DNA of 6,899 nucleotides from a virus (Duplodnaviria; Heunggongvirae; Uroviricota; Caudoviricetes): IMG/VR virus record IMGVR_UViG_2537561710_000007; one strand, 5' to 3'. Shown piece by piece: positions 6,200 to 6,899 of this stretch (position 1 is its first letter; each line of letters starts with the position of its first letter). The notes under the pieces were generated by a model. It saw only the letters and a program-made list of their open reading frames with translations, ran no database searches and was not told where the DNA came from. The position numbers and the translations under genes were made by a program.

Positions 6200-6235
6200 A
6201 GTCAGTGCTGACCATCAACAGGAGGTTTTTACAAT

Positions 6236-6583
6236 ATGGTAACGAAAAACATCACTGAACAGCGTGCGGAAGTACGTATTTTTGCCGGTAATGATCCGGC
6301 TCATACCGCCACAGGCAGCAGCGGGATTTCCTCGGCAACACCGGCACTGACGCCCCTGATGCTGGATGAAGCCAGCGGGAAACTGGTGGTCTGGGACGGA
6401 CAGAAAGCCGGTAGTGCAGTTGGCATACTGGTACTGCCGCTTGAAGGCACAGAGACGGTACTGACCTATTACAAGTCGGGGACCTTTGCGACGGAGGCAA
6501 TCCGCTGGCCTGAAAGTGTGGATGAACACAAAAAGGCAAATGCCTTTGCCGGCAGTGCCCTGAGTCACGCGGCGCTGCCGTAA
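6236..6583 (+). CDS. D: Head decoration protein, lambda gpD-like (115 aa)
   Basis: ATG at 6236 with SD caggagg at 6219-6225. Translation …NDPAHTATGSSGISSATPALTPLMLDEASGKLVVWDGQKAGSAVGIL…TYYKSGTF…ANAFAGSA aligns with lambda gpD (…[47 protein letters not shown]…TFYKSGTF…KKRTAFAGTA). Confidence 0.9.
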   Translation: MVTKNITEQRAEVRIFAGNDPAHTATGSSGISSATPALTPLMLDEASGKLVVWDGQKAGSAVGILVLPLEGTETVLTYYKSGTFATEAIRWPESVDEHKKANAFAGSALSHAALP

Positions 6584-6590
6584 CACGTTA

Positions 6591-6612
6591 TCAGGCCACC
6601 GCGGTGGCCTGA
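6591..6612. other. Perfect 22-bp palindrome (tcaggccaccg|cggtggcctga) between the gpD-like and gpE-like genes; possible RNA hairpin
   Basis: Directly seen: the sequence is its own reverse complement. It is GC-rich and followed by ctgatttctg. It lies 8 nt after the D stop and 29 nt before the E start. Confidence 0.4.
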
Positions 6613-6640
6613 CTGATTTCTGAATGAAAGGAACTGATTT

Positions 6641-6899
6641 ATGGGATTGTTTACGACCCGCCAGTTACTCGGTTATACCGAACAAAAAGTGAAATTTCGT
6701 GCGCTGTTTCTGGAGCTGTTTTTCCGCCGTACGGTGAATTTCCATACCGAAGAGGTGATGCTGGACAAAATTACCGGAAAAACGCCGGTGGCGGCCTATG
6801 TCTCCCCGGTTGTTGAAGGAAAAGTGCTGGTGGCAGCGACCGGCTGGATGGTTGGCGTCAGTGTAGCGCTGGCGGGTGCTATCGGCTTTATTGGTCTGG
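6641..6899 (+). CDS. E: Major capsid protein, lambda gpE-like; 5' partial (first 86 codons), continues past the window end
   Basis: ATG at 6641 with aaagga upstream. Translation MGLFTTRQLLGYTEQKVKFRALFLELFFRRTVNFHTEEVMLDKITGKTPVAAYVSPVVEGKV… aligns with the lambda gpE N-terminus (MSMYTTAQLLAANEQKFKFDPLFLRLFFRESYPFTTEKVYLSQIPGLVNMALYVSPIVSGEV…). Gene order D then E is conserved. Not in the ORF track because no stop falls inside the window. Confidence 0.75.
   Translation, partial: MGLFTTRQLLGYTEQKVKFRALFLELFFRRTVNFHTEEVMLDKITGKTPVAAYVSPVVEGKVLVAATGWMVGVSVALAGAIGFIGL

Noticed and set aside
6215-6586. Minus-strand ORFs 6215-6586 (123 aa) and 6252-6539 (95 aa) antisense to the gpD-like gene
   Set aside because: The plus-strand frame has clear gpD homology and a good SD; the antisense frames have none.
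1-6899. tRNA, rRNA, CRISPR array, insertion sequence, integrase or defence-system genes
   Set aside because: No cloverleaf-like or rRNA-like segments, no regularly spaced direct repeats with unique spacers, and no terminal inverted repeats or transposase-like ORFs were seen. Every sizeable ORF is accounted for by the lambdoid head-packaging gene set.

Overview
This window is the DNA-packaging and head-morphogenesis module of a lambda-like (lambdoid) siphovirus or prophage, read across the cohesive-end site (cos). It is a well-described system rather than a novel one, and I found no ORF left unexplained. Order, left to right: a partial YlcI/YnfO-like small gene on the minus strand (1-121); an AT-rich region matching the lambda right end; cosN with the lambda 12-nt cohesive end GGGCGGCGACCT (321-332); a cosB-like region with three copies of an 11-bp motif; then, on the plus strand and mostly overlapping, terminase small subunit (Nu1-like, 516-1025), terminase large subunit (gpA-like, 997-2925), head-tail connector gpW-like (2909-3115), portal gpB-like (3112-4704), head protease/scaffold gpC-like (4694-6199) with a nested Nu3-like scaffold start (5597), decoration protein gpD-like (6236-6583), and the 5' part of a major capsid gpE-like gene (6641 to window end). 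All homology statements come from reading the translations against lambda proteins as I remember them; no database search was run. Points worth follow-up: cosN is conserved but the cosB repeats and the Nu1 N-terminal domain differ from lambda, suggesting altered packaging specificity; the scaffold region of the gpC/Nu3 frame carries three tandem ~40-aa repeats; a G9 homopolymer sits inside the terminase large-subunit gene; and the gpE-like gene turns into a hydrophobic segment after about 58 lambda-like residues. No tRNA, rRNA, CRISPR array or transposase-like ORF was seen.
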